A DNA stretch of 63,968 nucleotides, filler included, from Rhabdomonas costata (taxonomy: Eukaryota), in NCBI GenBank assembly GCA_019059605.1. It is 23 parts of 23 records of this genome, joined end to end, with 100 filler letters (N's around TTAATTAATTAA, not from the genome) between each part and the next. Parts side by side here need not be neighbours in the genome. Positions count along the whole stretch, not along the records: positions 22,300 to 24,988 come from JAHMHO010002353.1; positions 25,089 to 27,774 come from JAHMHO010002354.1; positions 27,875 to 30,559 come from JAHMHO010002355.1; positions 30,660 to 33,345 come from JAHMHO010002356.1; positions 33,446 to 36,129 come from JAHMHO010002357.1; 18 more parts are not named here. One strand, given 5' to 3'. The position numbers and the translations under genes were made by a program. Positions 23,101-36,129 of this stretch are shown piece by piece. The stretch's first letter is position 1; every line of letters begins with the position of its first letter. The notes beneath the pieces were generated by a model that saw nothing but the letters and a program-made list of their open reading frames with translations, did no database searches and was not told where the DNA came from.

Positions 23101-24655
23101 ATGCAGGCTCTGCGACATATGGTCGGCCCGGCTCTGACCGCGGTCGGCCGCCGGCACATCACCATCACGGACGGCAACCCGGATGCCCAGCTGAACAAGT
23201 ACAGCTCTGTGCTGACCCAGCCCAAGTCTCAGGGCGCCTCGCAGGCCATGCTGTACGCCACCGGGCTGGTGCCCGAGGTGCGAGACGTCCTTTCCCCTTC
23301 CCTAGTCTTGTACTTTGCGTTTGCAATTCGGTATGCTTGTTGTTCTTTTTGGGACATGCATTTCGCCATCCCTGGGCGCGGTCTCGAATTTTTCTTACCT
23401 TAGTCGTTAAAAACTGAGATCCACGGCTGGCCTGAAGAAGATGGCACATGGAGCTCACCTTAACAAACAACGGATTGTGTGTTTGCCAGCGGGTGTGGTT
23501 GCCCTGGCGGTGCATTCAGTTAAAGAGAACAATAAGACTCCGTATGTCTTGTTCTACGGTGTTCGCTCCTTGAAAGAGAGCGACGATCCCACAAAGGATA
23601 AGCGAAACAACGAACCTGCACACAACAGAAACCACAGCAATGTCGTGTGACGGTTTACGGCTGTGCATGTAAACCCTACTTTCCTGCGCGTGACTTCTTC
23701 CTCTCACCTTTTCCTCTGGCGTTGCACATCACCGCGTCGAACCAAAGGAAGAAAGGGCAGCGCTCACTTTCTGCCTGTCTCTTGTTAGGATATGAACAAG
23801 GCTCAGGTCGGCATCAGCAGTGTGTGGTACGAGGGGAACCCATGCAACATGCACCTTAACAGCCTGGCCGCCAAGGTTTATCTCCCATTCACTTGCACTT
23901 TGCGCTGTCTTGATCTTTTTCAGAGTGCTCCTTTTGAATGTCGCCGCGTTGCCATTCATGCTCATACTCTGTTGTCGCAAGCACCTTCCCTTGGACCTAC
24001 AGGGGGTGTCGGGCATCAAATACGATCGGAAAGCCTGCACTTTTGCCCACAGCTCATCTGTAGTGAGTCATACTCTGCCGCAGTATGTGATGGTGTGTGG
24101 TTGTGTGGAGGTTCCGCAAGGCTTCGGTAGGTGAGCGGGATAGGTGGGACCATCCTCTCAGAAAGCTAAGCTTTCTCCTCTCTGCTCGCTTAGGTCAAGG
24201 AAGGCGTGGTGAAGGCTGGCCTTGTGGGCTACCAGGTTTTCGCCACCCCCAATCACCCAATGTGTGCATGGAATAGAGGAACGGGATGGTGGGACGTCTC
24301 TAAGGGGGAGTACTGTGTACTGTTGCGCCAGGGGGCTATGCCAGATCGGGGATGCGTCGCCGGCGGTAGGCGATGAGCCTTTTTTTCAGGGGGGGGTGTC
24401 GCACGGAAGTGGTTCCCGCGTTTCAGAATGTACTGGCATGTCTTTGTTTCAGCTTTTTCTCTCTTTTCGCATCTTTCCGTTTTCTTCCGGAGAGTTCCTG
24501 TGCTGCTCGGTGTACATTGGTTGATTGGTTGATGTCGGATTGTTGTTCTTGATTTTTGATTTGCTGTGATCAGTTCAACACGATTGGGGTGAGCGACGGC
24601 ATCTCTATGGGAACCCCAGGGATGGGCTATTCCCTGCAGTCCCGCGATCTCATCG
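23101..24655 (+). CDS. ILV3: Dihydroxy-acid dehydratase, probably mitochondrial (3'-partial, 4 exons)
   Basis: Exons 23101-23277, 23789-23875, 24194-24235 and 24574-24655: [61 protein letters not shown]. The N-terminus is Arg-rich and acid-free. Confidence 0.95.
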
Positions 24656-25150
24656 GTGTGTGTCCCTCACTTCCATTCTTTCTTAGGCTTCCCAGAACAG
24701 AACTCGATGAATACACTTCATGCGATACTACACTTTATACTGCGTTGGGAGGGAGCTGATTTTCCGACACGTTGCGTACCATGCCGTGGTGCTGCACCGT
24801 CGATGGCGTCGAAGTGGCACACGTTTCAGAACTCGTTCCCTTTCCCGCGTTGATGTCGTATCAGTTGCTCTGCTTGGATTTCTGAAAGTGCTTAGAACCT
24901 CGTTGGAAACGTGGAACCGTACAAAGATCAGCACCCTTTACAACTCAAAGCACCGCAGAGGAGGAACAGAGATATATCACACACACCCNNNNNNNNNNNN
25001 NNNNNNNNNNNNNNNNNNNNNNNNNNNNNNNNTTAATTAATTAANNNNNNNNNNNNNNNNNNNNNNNNNNNNNNNNNNNNNNNNNNNNTTGTGGGGTGTA
25101 CTGTGGGCGCAAATGTTTTTCTTGGTGAGCAGAATCAGGCGGATCGTGGG

Positions 25151-26460
25151 TTAGCGTTGTGAGACTAGTTGGATCATTTCGTCAAAACTGTACTGGCAAG
25201 TGAGTGTGTCCTGTAGATGGAGACGCAGCGGGAGAATTGTGATGTAGAAGTGTCCAGTGGTGGCACGAGCCACTTGACTGTGAACGCGCTGGAGCTGATA
25301 AGCAGGGTGTTGTGAGCAGTCCAGTCCCGTGGAAAGAGAAAAGAACGGGCATGTTGGTAAGAAGCAGATATAGTGTACGTGAGATGCGGCTGTGATTTTG
25401 AGCTCAGCGCAATGGCATCGAAGCGGATTGCAGAGTTGATGCATTGGGAGGAGCGTTTGCGAAATTCATGCCAAAGTTGGCTGGTTTGATGAAGGCCATC
25501 GCGTAGTTGGAGAGATAATTAATACGACTGGTAAATGTTTGGGTTGTGATGGAATGTATTAGTGTTGACGGTGCGGAAAGTAGAAAGAGAAGTCTGAAAG
25601 ATGTGTGGAAGATTGTTATCCAAAAGGAGTCCGTTATGAGCTCATCTTTTATGAGCCCGTCAAAAACACTAAAGAGAAAGTGAGCAAGGCCATTGTTACA
25701 TTTGAAGTCGCACTGGTTCCAGAGGCCAGTACGGAAGACGGTTTGAACGAGTTCAGCCAATGATAACAGGTCGAGAGGAGTAAGGCGGATGGGATATTGA
25801 CGGTAAACGAGTTGGTGAGCGATATAAAGGCGCATAAACCATTGAAACTGATGTGAGTCAACCGGGACTAATTTGTTCGAAGAAAGTGTTCGATAGAAGA
25901 TAGTGGATTTGGAGAGCAGCAAGTGTGTGGCATGGCCAGAGGATGCTGTTTGGAGCAAAAGTAAACGGATCAACCAGGTTGGCAGTTTCAGTAGCGGAAA
26001 ATATTGGAAAGCTGGCATAGATTACTAAAGATATGTGACGGTACTCGAGATGAAAGGATTCATTGATGTAACAAATGGGAACATGTAGATTGTAGGCTGT
26101 GGTGGTGAGCACCATGTATGGGACTTAGGTAGAGCAAGTGAGACAATCGATCCAAAGAATGCGGTTAGTGTCGATCTGGCAAACGGTGCAATCTCTGATG
26201 TGGCTAAGGCGTCTCCACAGATTCCAGATGTGCCACCAAAAATGAGAGAAAGTGACTGGATAGACTGGTTTGAAGAACGTGGCATTGTGCGGAAGCTGGT
26301 TCTAGGCGGAAGTGACGACTTCTGGTGAATCAATGCAAGAGTAGTCCATGGAGAGAAGACGGATCAGAATGTGGTCGATGGTGTTGACGTGGTTTGTATT
26401 TGGATAGAAACGGTGGAGGAGGGCGGCTTCAAATGGACTGACATTGCGGAAAGGTGATGG
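25151..26460 (-). pseudogene. Long intronless degraded ORF, W/H/C-rich, unknown family
   Basis: Overlapping minus-strand frames (26460-25858, 26018-25404, 25444-25151) are linked by sparse stops and frameshifts. The coding strand is strongly G-poor. Confidence 0.3.
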
Positions 26461-28072
26461 TTAGATTTGGTGATGAAGTAAGTGCCAGTGAGCGTGATGT
26501 CAATAATGGATTAATAGTATGGCAAGATGATGAGAGGAGTGGAACGTTTCGGAATTTTTGAGAGCAGATTCGGTAGCATGATGGTTGGGTGTTGGCAGCC
26601 GAGAAGATGAGACAACATCGGATGGTGTCTCAAAGGTGGAACGCGTCTGTATAGAGTTTGTGGTTGGAGGTGATGGTGAGGAGTTCAAAAGCTGAGACTT
26701 GGGCGCATTTGTGGATGGTTTATGGGTGGTTGCGCAGGATCAAGTCGTGTGTATAGTATGAGACTTACCAGCCAATGACATCATAAGGATACCATTTTAG
26801 TTTCTGAGGTACGCATCGCGGAGCTCAACGCCTCCTTCGGGTGATTTGGCTTCTTCACAGTGTCCAACTTGGCCTCCTCTTGGAAACCTACACCAGATGA
26901 GAAGCCTCTTTGGAAAGGAAGTTGAATCGGCCACATAAATAAACTGGCAGATACTCCTGAAAACTTTAACGCGGTGATCCACGGCACAAGACACAGACAC
27001 ACACCAAACGCCGCCCAAGTAACTGTCGGGATCTTGCTCTTCTTCCGGTTACGTGTTTCTACAAGTGGCGGATCAAAACATAGAACCTGAAAGCAATAAT
27101 GTTGGAGGATGCAAGACATAAAGGCGCGCGGAGAAGATAGGGAAGTTTTTGCTGTCAGAGCAGGAGAAGAAACAGACACACTAGTGCAGCAAAACACACC
27201 ACCACTTCTTCTCCACTAGCACTTGATAACGTTGCTGACAATTATTCGTGACACCAAAAACCTTGAAACCAAACTAGCGTGAACCTAACAGATAGTAATC
27301 TGCTACATTAAATAGAAACAGAGATCTTGTACATTCGGTTGCTGGCCGCTGTACCTGATGTATTGGAGATATTCATGCATGGTTTGGTGTTCCACCTTCA
27401 GGTAAGTTACCGATCATTGTTGTTTGTTTCTATTCCAGACAACTAGGTACGCTGTGAGTTTTTTGGATTTGGCGGTACTTCTTTCCCATATGGTTTCCCC
27501 TGTACCAACTCTATTTTTTCACAATAGTGGAACCAATGGTGCAAAAACAAAATGTGACTGGATCGGTGCTTCTTGACAAACATTCACTAGTTTTCCTTGG
27601 GGGTGGGAAGTAGGTTGAAACAAAACCCTCTGCTACCAGGTGCCAGAGTCAGGACTTCAGGATCTACTCTGGGTTTTTACCACTTTGATTTCAGTCAACA
27701 AACTCCACCACGAGAACCTCTTCTGGGTGTGATATCAGTTTGCTTTCTCTCTTCCACTGAAGTGAAGAATCATCNNNNNNNNNNNNNNNNNNNNNNNNNN
27801 NNNNNNNNNNNNNNNNNNTTAATTAATTAANNNNNNNNNNNNNNNNNNNNNNNNNNNNNNNNNNNNNNNNNNNNTTTTGGGTTGATTTTAAGGACGAGCT
27901 GCTCCAAAAGTATAGTTCCGGATAGGTCACATTCGACATGCCAGGGCGCGTTTCAGTTTTTCGGAACCTGTCTTTTAGCAATACCTACCCTGAAAATGAA
28001 GTCCTGTCAAGGTCTCTACAATATGGTTTTGTCGATGTCTCTTTTCTCGGACATCTTGGTGGCCCTGTGCAG

Positions 28073-29936
28073 GAGTTCCGAGCCTACCTTCCAGAAGCCG
28101 TCCTGGGCGACGCCCAAGACTCCACCCCAGAGATTGGAGTGGAGGTGGAGCGCAGCGAAGCGGGCGATGGTGGTGGGTGTAGGAACCTCCGCCGCGTAGT
28201 CCCCGCCGCGTCGTCGGACCGCCTCTCTGGGGAATCTCGGGAAGATCTGCCGCGGCCCACCAGCCGAGGCTCCGAGATGAACGATGACCGGCAGCTCTCC
28301 GTTACTCCTAAGGATGCGCAGCGAAAACCTTCCGCCCGCAGGAATTCCGACAACGCGAACGTGGTGAACCGGCAGGTTGGGGCCCTGACTCACCGCACCG
28401 TCTCTGTTCTTCAGATGGACATCGGGGGATTCCACTTGCTTGCTCTGGAGGAGTCCGCGATGATCTCTACACACCCCGCGGTGATCCAGGCAACCCACCA
28501 GGTCAGTATGTCGAGTCATCGTTCTTGGGTGAGCCGATTCATTTTGACGGAAATGGGTGAGCCGATTCATTTTGACTGGTTGCGGTGAGCCCGAAAATGT
28601 ATGGCTCCCCTAGCCAAGTATGCCTCGCTCGTTGCTCCATAACACCTTCACCATCTGATCTGCTGAATTGCTCAAGTAATTTTCCTCCACCGCGTGCACT
28701 CATATACGCGGTGACCCCGACTGGATCGTTTTTCGCACATTGCAAGCTGGTACCCCTTCTTTTTTCAAGAGCCTTGCCTTGCCTTGATGTTGAACCTAGT
28801 TTTCCGATAGCTGGTGTGAGGTTTTTCCCCTCCGGTGCATTCCGGTGTCCGTTTGGGTTGACTCAGGCGATACAGTCCAGTGGAGGGCTGTCGGCGCCTT
28901 TCGCCGGGGACAAGGTGCTGGCCTTTTGGAACGTTCGTACAACCCGCTCGGACCATGCGGCGCGGTGCGTGACGGCTGCCCAGGAGGTGCTGCAGGCGAC
29001 GCAGAAGCTGGGGCTGAACGTCCGGCTGGCTTGCACGGGCGGGTTGTGATGGCTACTCCAGCGTTTGCAACCTTTGCAACCCTGCCTTGAGCATCGGTGG
29101 TATAGGAGAGGCCCAGTTCTCATGTCCGCGTATCGGGTGATTCGGCTTTGTTCTTAACTTTGCTAAAACGTTCGGTCTGTGGGTTGCAACTGGTTTTCGT
29201 TCTGCGTTTCCTCCCTGCCTTTATGGCTCTTTGGAACCCCTTCACTATTTCTCCAACGTCTTTTCCAATGAGGACTCCAATGAGGACACAGTGAGTCGGC
29301 TTAGAAAGGAGAGTCTCTCCCGGGTCGAATAGGCTCGAGGTTTGATCGGTCGACCATTTCTCAGTTATCTCTGCAGGATCGCCTTCTCCGCCGATGTGAG
29401 TTTTTAGTGTTGTGCAGCAGAGTCCGTTTCCCTTTACGTCACGCGTAGGCCTGCCTCCTTTGGGGCAATGGGCACGAAGACCCAGAGAGCGTTCACGGTG
29501 GTCGCCACATGCATCCCCCGTGGATTAGTACTGCAGAAGCTTGCGAAGCTGATCCCCTTGAAGGTCAGGGTGTCGCGCCACTTGCCACCCCAAAGCCATT
29601 GTTGCACGCACTGTTCGTTTCTTTTTGGCGCGCGGTTTTCAAATGTGCTTCACTCCGATTCCTCCGTTGTCATTTCGAGAAGTGGTGCCTTTTATTCCAC
29701 CCCACAATGACATTTTAACTACTCTCAGTCTCTCTTTTTCGGCGTGCGACTTCTGCCTGCCCGTGTTGGTTTAGGTTCTGGTCGACCACACGACCTACTC
29801 CCAAATCTGCATCAGCACTCAGTGCCGGCTGGCCTTAGTCCTGCCCATGGGCGACGGGAAGGCGGAGAAAGCCTATGAGGTCATTGGAGGGCTGCAGCAG
29901 GCCGATGATGAGTGGATGTACCAGCTCAAGGAGAAG
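28073..29936 (+). CDS. Class III nucleotidyl-cyclase-like protein (partial, 4 exons)
   Basis: Exons 28073-28501, 28867-29042, 29449-29563 and 29775-29936 splice in phase: FRAYLP...VSVLQMDIGGFH...GGLSAPFAGDKVLAFWN...HAARCVTAA...GPASFGAMGTKTQRAFTVV...VLVD...YEV...DEWMYQL. Confidence 0.85.
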
Positions 29937-30974
29937 GTCTCTCTTCCGCACTCCATTTTTAACGCTTTCCAAGTTTTCCTTGAATGTTGCCCTTGACGAC
30001 ACAGGATCGTGCTGGTTTGGCGCCGTTTATCCCTAGTGCCTTTCCGCGCCACCGCGACCCGCCTGGAAAGGGCTGAGCGTTCGGACCGTGACAAAGCTGA
30101 GCGTTCTGACTGTCTATGGCTGACTAGAAGCCTATGCATCACATCGCGGCCCAGAAGACACACGAGCCACCCTTATGCGCTCTCCACGTGAATACCCACG
30201 GTACGCGCGTCTCAGATCTTTGCGTGAGCGCAGAAAGTTGGGTACCACAAAAAGATCTCTAAACGCCCAACGGGCCCCGCGTGCACCGTGGATCGGGGAT
30301 CACCTGTGGTAAGCCAACCCCAGTGACAAGAGAGAGGGACAATCACCATGGACAGGGTGTGAGGGCCGACGTGGCCACCCACCCTCGAAAGGTGGGTGCT
30401 TGGGGTGGAAGTGGACCTCCTCCCAAGAAAAAATTCACCCTGGCGAAGCGATGTGTGCGTGTTTCTTTTCCATCTTTGCATCGCGAGGTGTGCACACCAG
30501 CGTCAATCAAGAAATGAAACTCGCTCTACGTGAATGCAGCCGGTTGCTACCACCCAACCNNNNNNNNNNNNNNNNNNNNNNNNNNNNNNNNNNNNNNNNN
30601 NNNTTAATTAATTAANNNNNNNNNNNNNNNNNNNNNNNNNNNNNNNNNNNNNNNNNNNNGTGGGTTGGGTGTGTTGGGCGTGGTTGAATGGGGGATAACC
30701 TGTCATATCCAATGACCCGCGTCCCGCAGGAACTGACAGTGCCTCAGGACCCGAGCGAGCACCCAGGAAGGGGGCATCACAGGACACCTTTTCTTTTCTT
30801 CCCCTTTCCTTTGTATCGTAACCTCTCGCCTCCGGCTTTTCCTTTCACAAACGCAAACAAACGGAAACAAACATACACACTGTCCCAGTCACCCAAACCA
30901 AAGCTGTAAGTCAGGACAGGGTCAATGAAGAAACAGAAGCTAAGAAAAATGCCAGAGAACAGTAATGACGAAAC

Positions 30975-33345
30975 CTTCTCATAGCAGTCCACAGCCCGAA
31001 GAACAACATCCCGGCGAACCCACTGCCAGTAGTGCAGCACCAGAGGATCGCTGACTGCACACCCCAACCCAAAACACGAACCATCAGGAGAAAAACGTTT
31101 GCTCCAACTGAACGTCATGTGGGAGTCCAGCAATGTTTTCACAACTTCATCGGAAACTGCTGAGCTCGCTATAACAGAATCAGGTGAATTTCGGAGGTCT
31201 GAGTATGGGCGCCCCAACAGTCCATGAAAAACAGCGAGGTATCGTATAGCAGCTTCATATGGGTCCATGGCGGAGAAATAAGGTCCATGGCCTTTTCCGA
31301 GGTTCCCTGCTGTTTCAAAGGTTGTCTACTTTCGAAAGAAATTACATGACAGGTCCCAAAGGCGACGGCCAGTCCGCGAACATAATAAGAGCTGCAGACA
31401 GAGATGGGGACGTTACTTGGGTGACGCATCAGGCAGGCAAAACCTGAGCCAAGCGTGACTGGGGTCTCTGGGTTCTCCGCCACAGGGACCCTCTCCAACA
31501 GCAGCTCAAACACTGTCACCACCTCCACCTTCCCCGGAACCACCACACGGCCCAGAGTCCGGAAATGGAACTCTACCGCCGCGCCCTCGGCAGTGCTCTC
31601 CGAGACCATCACCGTGGTCCCGAAGAACTGTGAGTGCCAAAAAGAAGAGGAAGGAGGCCCACCCATGCCAAAATACAGGGGTCCCCGTTGCAGCCGTCAA
31701 GTGACACAGTGCAAGCACTTTTTTGATTGGGGCACGTCACAAAGCATTCCAGGTTCTTCCCAGCGATTTTTATACCCCTCGCATGACCTTGCGTGGAAGG
31801 GTAGGAGCTGGAGAGGAACCAACAGCAGACACGCAGCCCCCTCGATCTGCTTTACTCCCCACCGCAAGGGTTCCAAGCATGTTCTATCTGCTTCTCTTTG
31901 CAGCTGACGTCTTGTGCCCCCGACGGGGGGGAAGTGCTATGTGCTTGGTTTCTTTGTACTTGAGAATTGGACATTTTGTTGTAAAAAAAAAGTGTCTTTC
32001 GTGTGACCTGGGGTAATGCGATATTGTTCGACCCCAAGTCCCGCATCCTGTCACTGCGACACATCTGCCTGTGACTCTTGCAGCGTAAAAAGCGGACCTT
32101 CAGTGATGTGACGCCGACAATATCACCTCTTCTTTTATTGTACTCTATTTCAAAACGGCCCGAGACACGAGGAAGAGCCAGAGGCCGAAAGCCAGACAGA
32201 TGAAGTCACCCCCACATCGGGAAGCCATTGATACATCCCAAGAAAAGTAACCTGAGCTTCCGAGTTTGCAACGATCAAGAAGCAACCAACCCGACACGGT
32301 CTACGCAGTGAGAGTTTGCGCTCTTACCCCTTACCCCTCATAAAAGTAGTAGCTTTTTATTGAGAGGAACCCGGGTAAGCCACTCCCAGACCCACATGCC
32401 TTGTTCGAAGTCTCCAACCGGCTGGCGAGATTCACTCCGTCCCCTGCACGCATACCCAAAAAGTGGGCAGGAGCTCAAACAAAAAAACGCGTGAGTTGAT
32501 GGTCACCGAACGGATCGAGATTCTCACGGTTGTGAAATACAAACATCCTTGGAAGCCTATTGCAAAACCTATTCCTCGAATGTGCTACCGCCCTAATTGA
32601 CAAGCGGCAGGAGAGAGTTGATCGCATTGCTGAATTTCTCAGACGAAGTGGGGAGCGGATTGAGGCACCTAGGGCAGTATAGCTGATTCGATGATCGCAT
32701 CCGTAGTTGCCCACCAGCACTCTGTCAGTGTTGATTCCCATGCGAAACCTGCGGGGGAGGGGGACATGGGATGATGTATTCTCAAACGATCTGATTGTGC
32801 GGACCACAGGAACCTCAGGCTAAAAAGTAAACACCCACAGGCAAACTTGTCGAAATGTAAAGATGGGCCGGTGGAAGGTGAATTCAGTAAGAAGAAACAA
32901 GAAATCCAACCACCGCCAGGCTTCCCTTTTTCCCGGAGTACCAAAGACTACATTGGGATATCCCTCGGAAAAATCTCAGAGGCACATTTTGCGACCCGTT
33001 ATCCCGACCTATTGCCAGCAGAAGAGTCAACCTCGCGACAGTTGCTAAGCGAAGTGCGGATGCCAGCACCTGAATGGGTGGACATTAGTGCACACATTCA
33101 ATTGAAACACATTACCCGAAAATAACTTCGATCTGAGCTGCAACAGAGCACAGGATATCACAAGAGAATTTCATCGAAAAGGAAAACCTCAGCTCCGGCT
33201 GGGCGTCCATCGACTGTCTCTCGTTGAGCTTCACCAGACCGGCCTGCATCCGCAGTGCAGCCCGGCAAGCGGAAGCCTGGTGCCCCTGTACCCGCGTCGG
33301 AACATTCCACAGGGCCATAATGCAGTCCCCAATGAACAAAAAAAC
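30975..33345 (-). CDS. Adenylate cyclase, class III catalytic domain (partial)
   Basis: Exons ~33337-33188, 32748-32669, 32443-32400, 31627-31444 and 31054-30975: FIGDCIMALWNVP..H...ACRAAL..RFRMGINT..VLVGNYG..RISYTALGDGVNLASRLETSNKFFGTTVMVSE..LGRVVVPGK. The second metal Asp (IGD) and NxxxR are intact. Confidence 0.92.
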
Positions 33346-33798
33346 NNNNNNNNNNNNNNNNNNNNNNNNNNNNNNNNNNNNNNNNNNNNTTAATTAATTA
33401 ANNNNNNNNNNNNNNNNNNNNNNNNNNNNNNNNNNNNNNNNNNNNTTTGTTGGGTTTCTTGAAGGGTGTGCCACAATTTCCTTCGTCAGATCATTGGGTA
33501 AATACCTCAGACCAGTGTTGGAGCTGCGCTGAATAGTTGAAGGGGGATACGCTGCAATATGACTCAAGAGCCGTTTTCCGGGACTTCTTTTTGTCACTTT
33601 CGGAGGGGCATTCTTTTGCCGCGTGCTTGTGTCAATGTACGCGCAGAAAGTACACCTTGCAGACCGGTTTAATTTGAGAGCGAAAAGCTCAGAATCGCCC
33701 CCCCCCCCCAGTGTTGCTCCAGTCATGGTCACCTGAAAGGGGGGACCTTTGGATTTGTGGTTTGGGCGATCTTCCTCCATGGTCTATTGCACTCGCAG

Positions 33799-33979
33799 TT
33801 CTTCGGGACCACGGTGATGGTTTCGGAGAGCACTGCGGAGGGCGCTGCTGCGGAGTTCCATTTCCGGACGCTGGGTCGTGTGGTGGTTCCGGGGAAGGTG
33901 GAGGTGGTGACGGTGTTTGAGCTGCTGTTCGAGAGGATCCCGGAGGTGAAGGGCCCGGACAGCCCAGGCGCTGTGACCC
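33799..33979 (+). CDS. Exon of a paralogous adenylate cyclase
   Basis: The first 138 nt differ from 31627-31490 at 10 positions (2 aa). The acceptor context is the same (GCACTCRCAG). The 3' exon end is uncertain. Confidence 0.85.
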
Positions 33980-35869
33980 GTTCCGTTTCTACCTTGCTTT
34001 TTCTCCTTTTGAGTTGGTGTTCGGATATGTGTTGAATACCTTTCATGCATTTTTATTGTGCGTAAGTCAAAGAAGAAGACCATTGACCCCCAAACGGAGC
34101 GCGTACGGTTTATATTTTAAATTACCAGGGAAATGTCCTCCGCACAGTCCCCAACGCAGACACTGGATCACATTCCGGGGGATTGTGGTAACCACATCAA
34201 AAGCGGCCTCGTGAGCTTCGAAATGATTACCAGTTGACTGTAGGTTTGGTAATACCAGACTCGTGGATTGGGTTAAGTGCGTGTACGGGCTTGGTCACTC
34301 AACTCCTTTATTTTCTGCACCTTTTAATCCTTTAAAAAAGCCTCCAAAAATGGGTCAAATGCTTCCCGCACGGACAACTGCAAACATGCTGTGGAGTGGG
34401 AATAATAATGTTGCAACAGATTCTGAAGGTGCCGACAGGATTCCTCACTAATGTCAACTTCTATGTGGCAATTGGACATAAGCGCGTACATATCCGGCAT
34501 TTGTGGCGAAGCACCCTGAGTAGTGAAGCTGCTGCTCGCCGATATGGAAGCGGTGCCTCTGAAAGAAACCTTTGGACTTCCAAGACACGTTGAGGCAGCA
34601 CCATGGAGCAAACCAAACCACAAGAGTAATGGTTTGTGTGGTAGCAAGTATTTTAAACCCAAGATCGACCACACCAGAAAATCCGCAACTGTCATGAAGC
34701 TTTTGCAAGAGGACATCCTCCAATTTAGAAACAGCAACTCTTCTAAAAATGTCTGGTCTCAGCGCTGGAGAATCGTCGTTTTGATATTTCACCCTAATGC
34801 AAAGCTCAGTATTCAGAGCAACCGGTTTCAGAGGGAGCTGGTGAAAATGAAACTGAATTGACAATAAGTGTGCTGATATTTGATGTAAGCGTTAATCCGC
34901 GTCTTTGGAAGAAATTGTCAGTTCATTAAAACGAGTGTTTAAGTCGAGCTTGGTCGTTGAGGAAGAGTCCATATGCGGCTAACCATCTAAATGATGAACA
35001 GCACGCTCAATCAAAAGTTTCTCCGACCCTGGTGGTGGTGGTGCACAGCGGTTTGGAAGATGGAGGCGATCCGAAGTATCTATCCTTGGAGCGGAGATGT
35101 AATGACTCAGAATTACACCAGAGAGCAAAGCATGAACAGAGACAGTGCTTGGTAAATTCAAGGATGCTGGAGGAGACAAACACAGCCTGAAGAGGCGAGA
35201 TAAAACTGCGCTGTGCTTACGTCTCAAAATTCAGACACAAGAAGACCCCAGGCGCTTGCTCAGACTGCAGTCATCAGCAGTAGCAGTGAAATGAGAGCTT
35301 GAAATAGATGGACTAGTACTGATACTGCACTAGAAAATCTTACACTTAAAAATGTTAGGCTGTAGTAATGCTCCATATGAGGGAAACACGTGAACGTCCG
35401 CGTCGTAAACCGAATGATACGCCTGGGGTGCCACAAAATGCTGACAGGACTGCGAGGTGATGTTGGGTAAGAACTGGTCATGGCCTGGGCTGGCGCTAAG
35501 TCAATGGTTGCCGCGGTAGGGACTCAGCGAGGACACCGGCATGCTCACCGTGCGCAGCTGCCGGTAGCGCAGCGTCAGGTTGGTCGAGCTCTTCACTAAA
35601 GCTACCACAAAGCTTCAGGTCGCAAATCTGGTTGATAACGTCGTTGCTAGCGAACACGTACGACGAGCGCAGTCACGCGGTCGTCAAAATTGGGCCCGTC
35701 GAGTAGTTGGCCCGCCACCACCACCACCAGCTCGTGGCTCTCCCTAAGCACCGTGGGATGAAAGCCCAGCTCGTGGATTGCGGACGAGGCCCTGGAAGCC
35801 AAAGAAGCAGCCCTATGGTAGGCAACCTCTTCATTTTTCGAGAGAGGTACTTACCATTGGGCAAGTGAG

Positions 35870-36129
35870 TGCTCTCAAAAGGCAAAGGAAGCAAAGACCT
35901 GCATAAAAAACCATCACGGGAAACGTTTGCATATCACATATGCTTGTTGTCCTCATGTCATGGCACTGCGCAGTTATCTCCTTGGCCATGTATTTTGGCA
36001 CAACAATCCGTTTATGTTTCAAAATGCGGCCAAAATTGAAACAAGCGTGGTCTGTCATAGTCTCATTGTCCTCCAGAGAGTACTTCTTCCTGACCAAATG
36101 GTAATTGAGGTAGTCTGGTGCTACAACAA
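35870..36129 (-). mobile_element. Decayed LTR-retrotransposon (Ty3/Gypsy-like) integrase zinc-binding region
   Basis: GRILKHKRIVVPKYMAKEITAQCHD...CFLC resembles the G.L...R..VP......I...HD...C..C segment preceding the integrase core. Degenerate. Confidence 0.45.

Noticed and set aside
26340-26400. TIDHIL as an APE endonuclease motif
   Set aside because: The accompanying GDFN and SDH motifs are not found.
28526-28576. 23-bp direct repeat TGGGTGAGCCGATTCATTTTGAC x2
   Set aside because: Only two copies inside an intron; a simple local duplication.
27875-36129. Three neighbouring cyclase genes as a physical cluster; likewise LCD-TyrA-PKS as a biosynthetic cluster
   Set aside because: Each gene is on a separate contig joined by linkers, so no linkage is shown.
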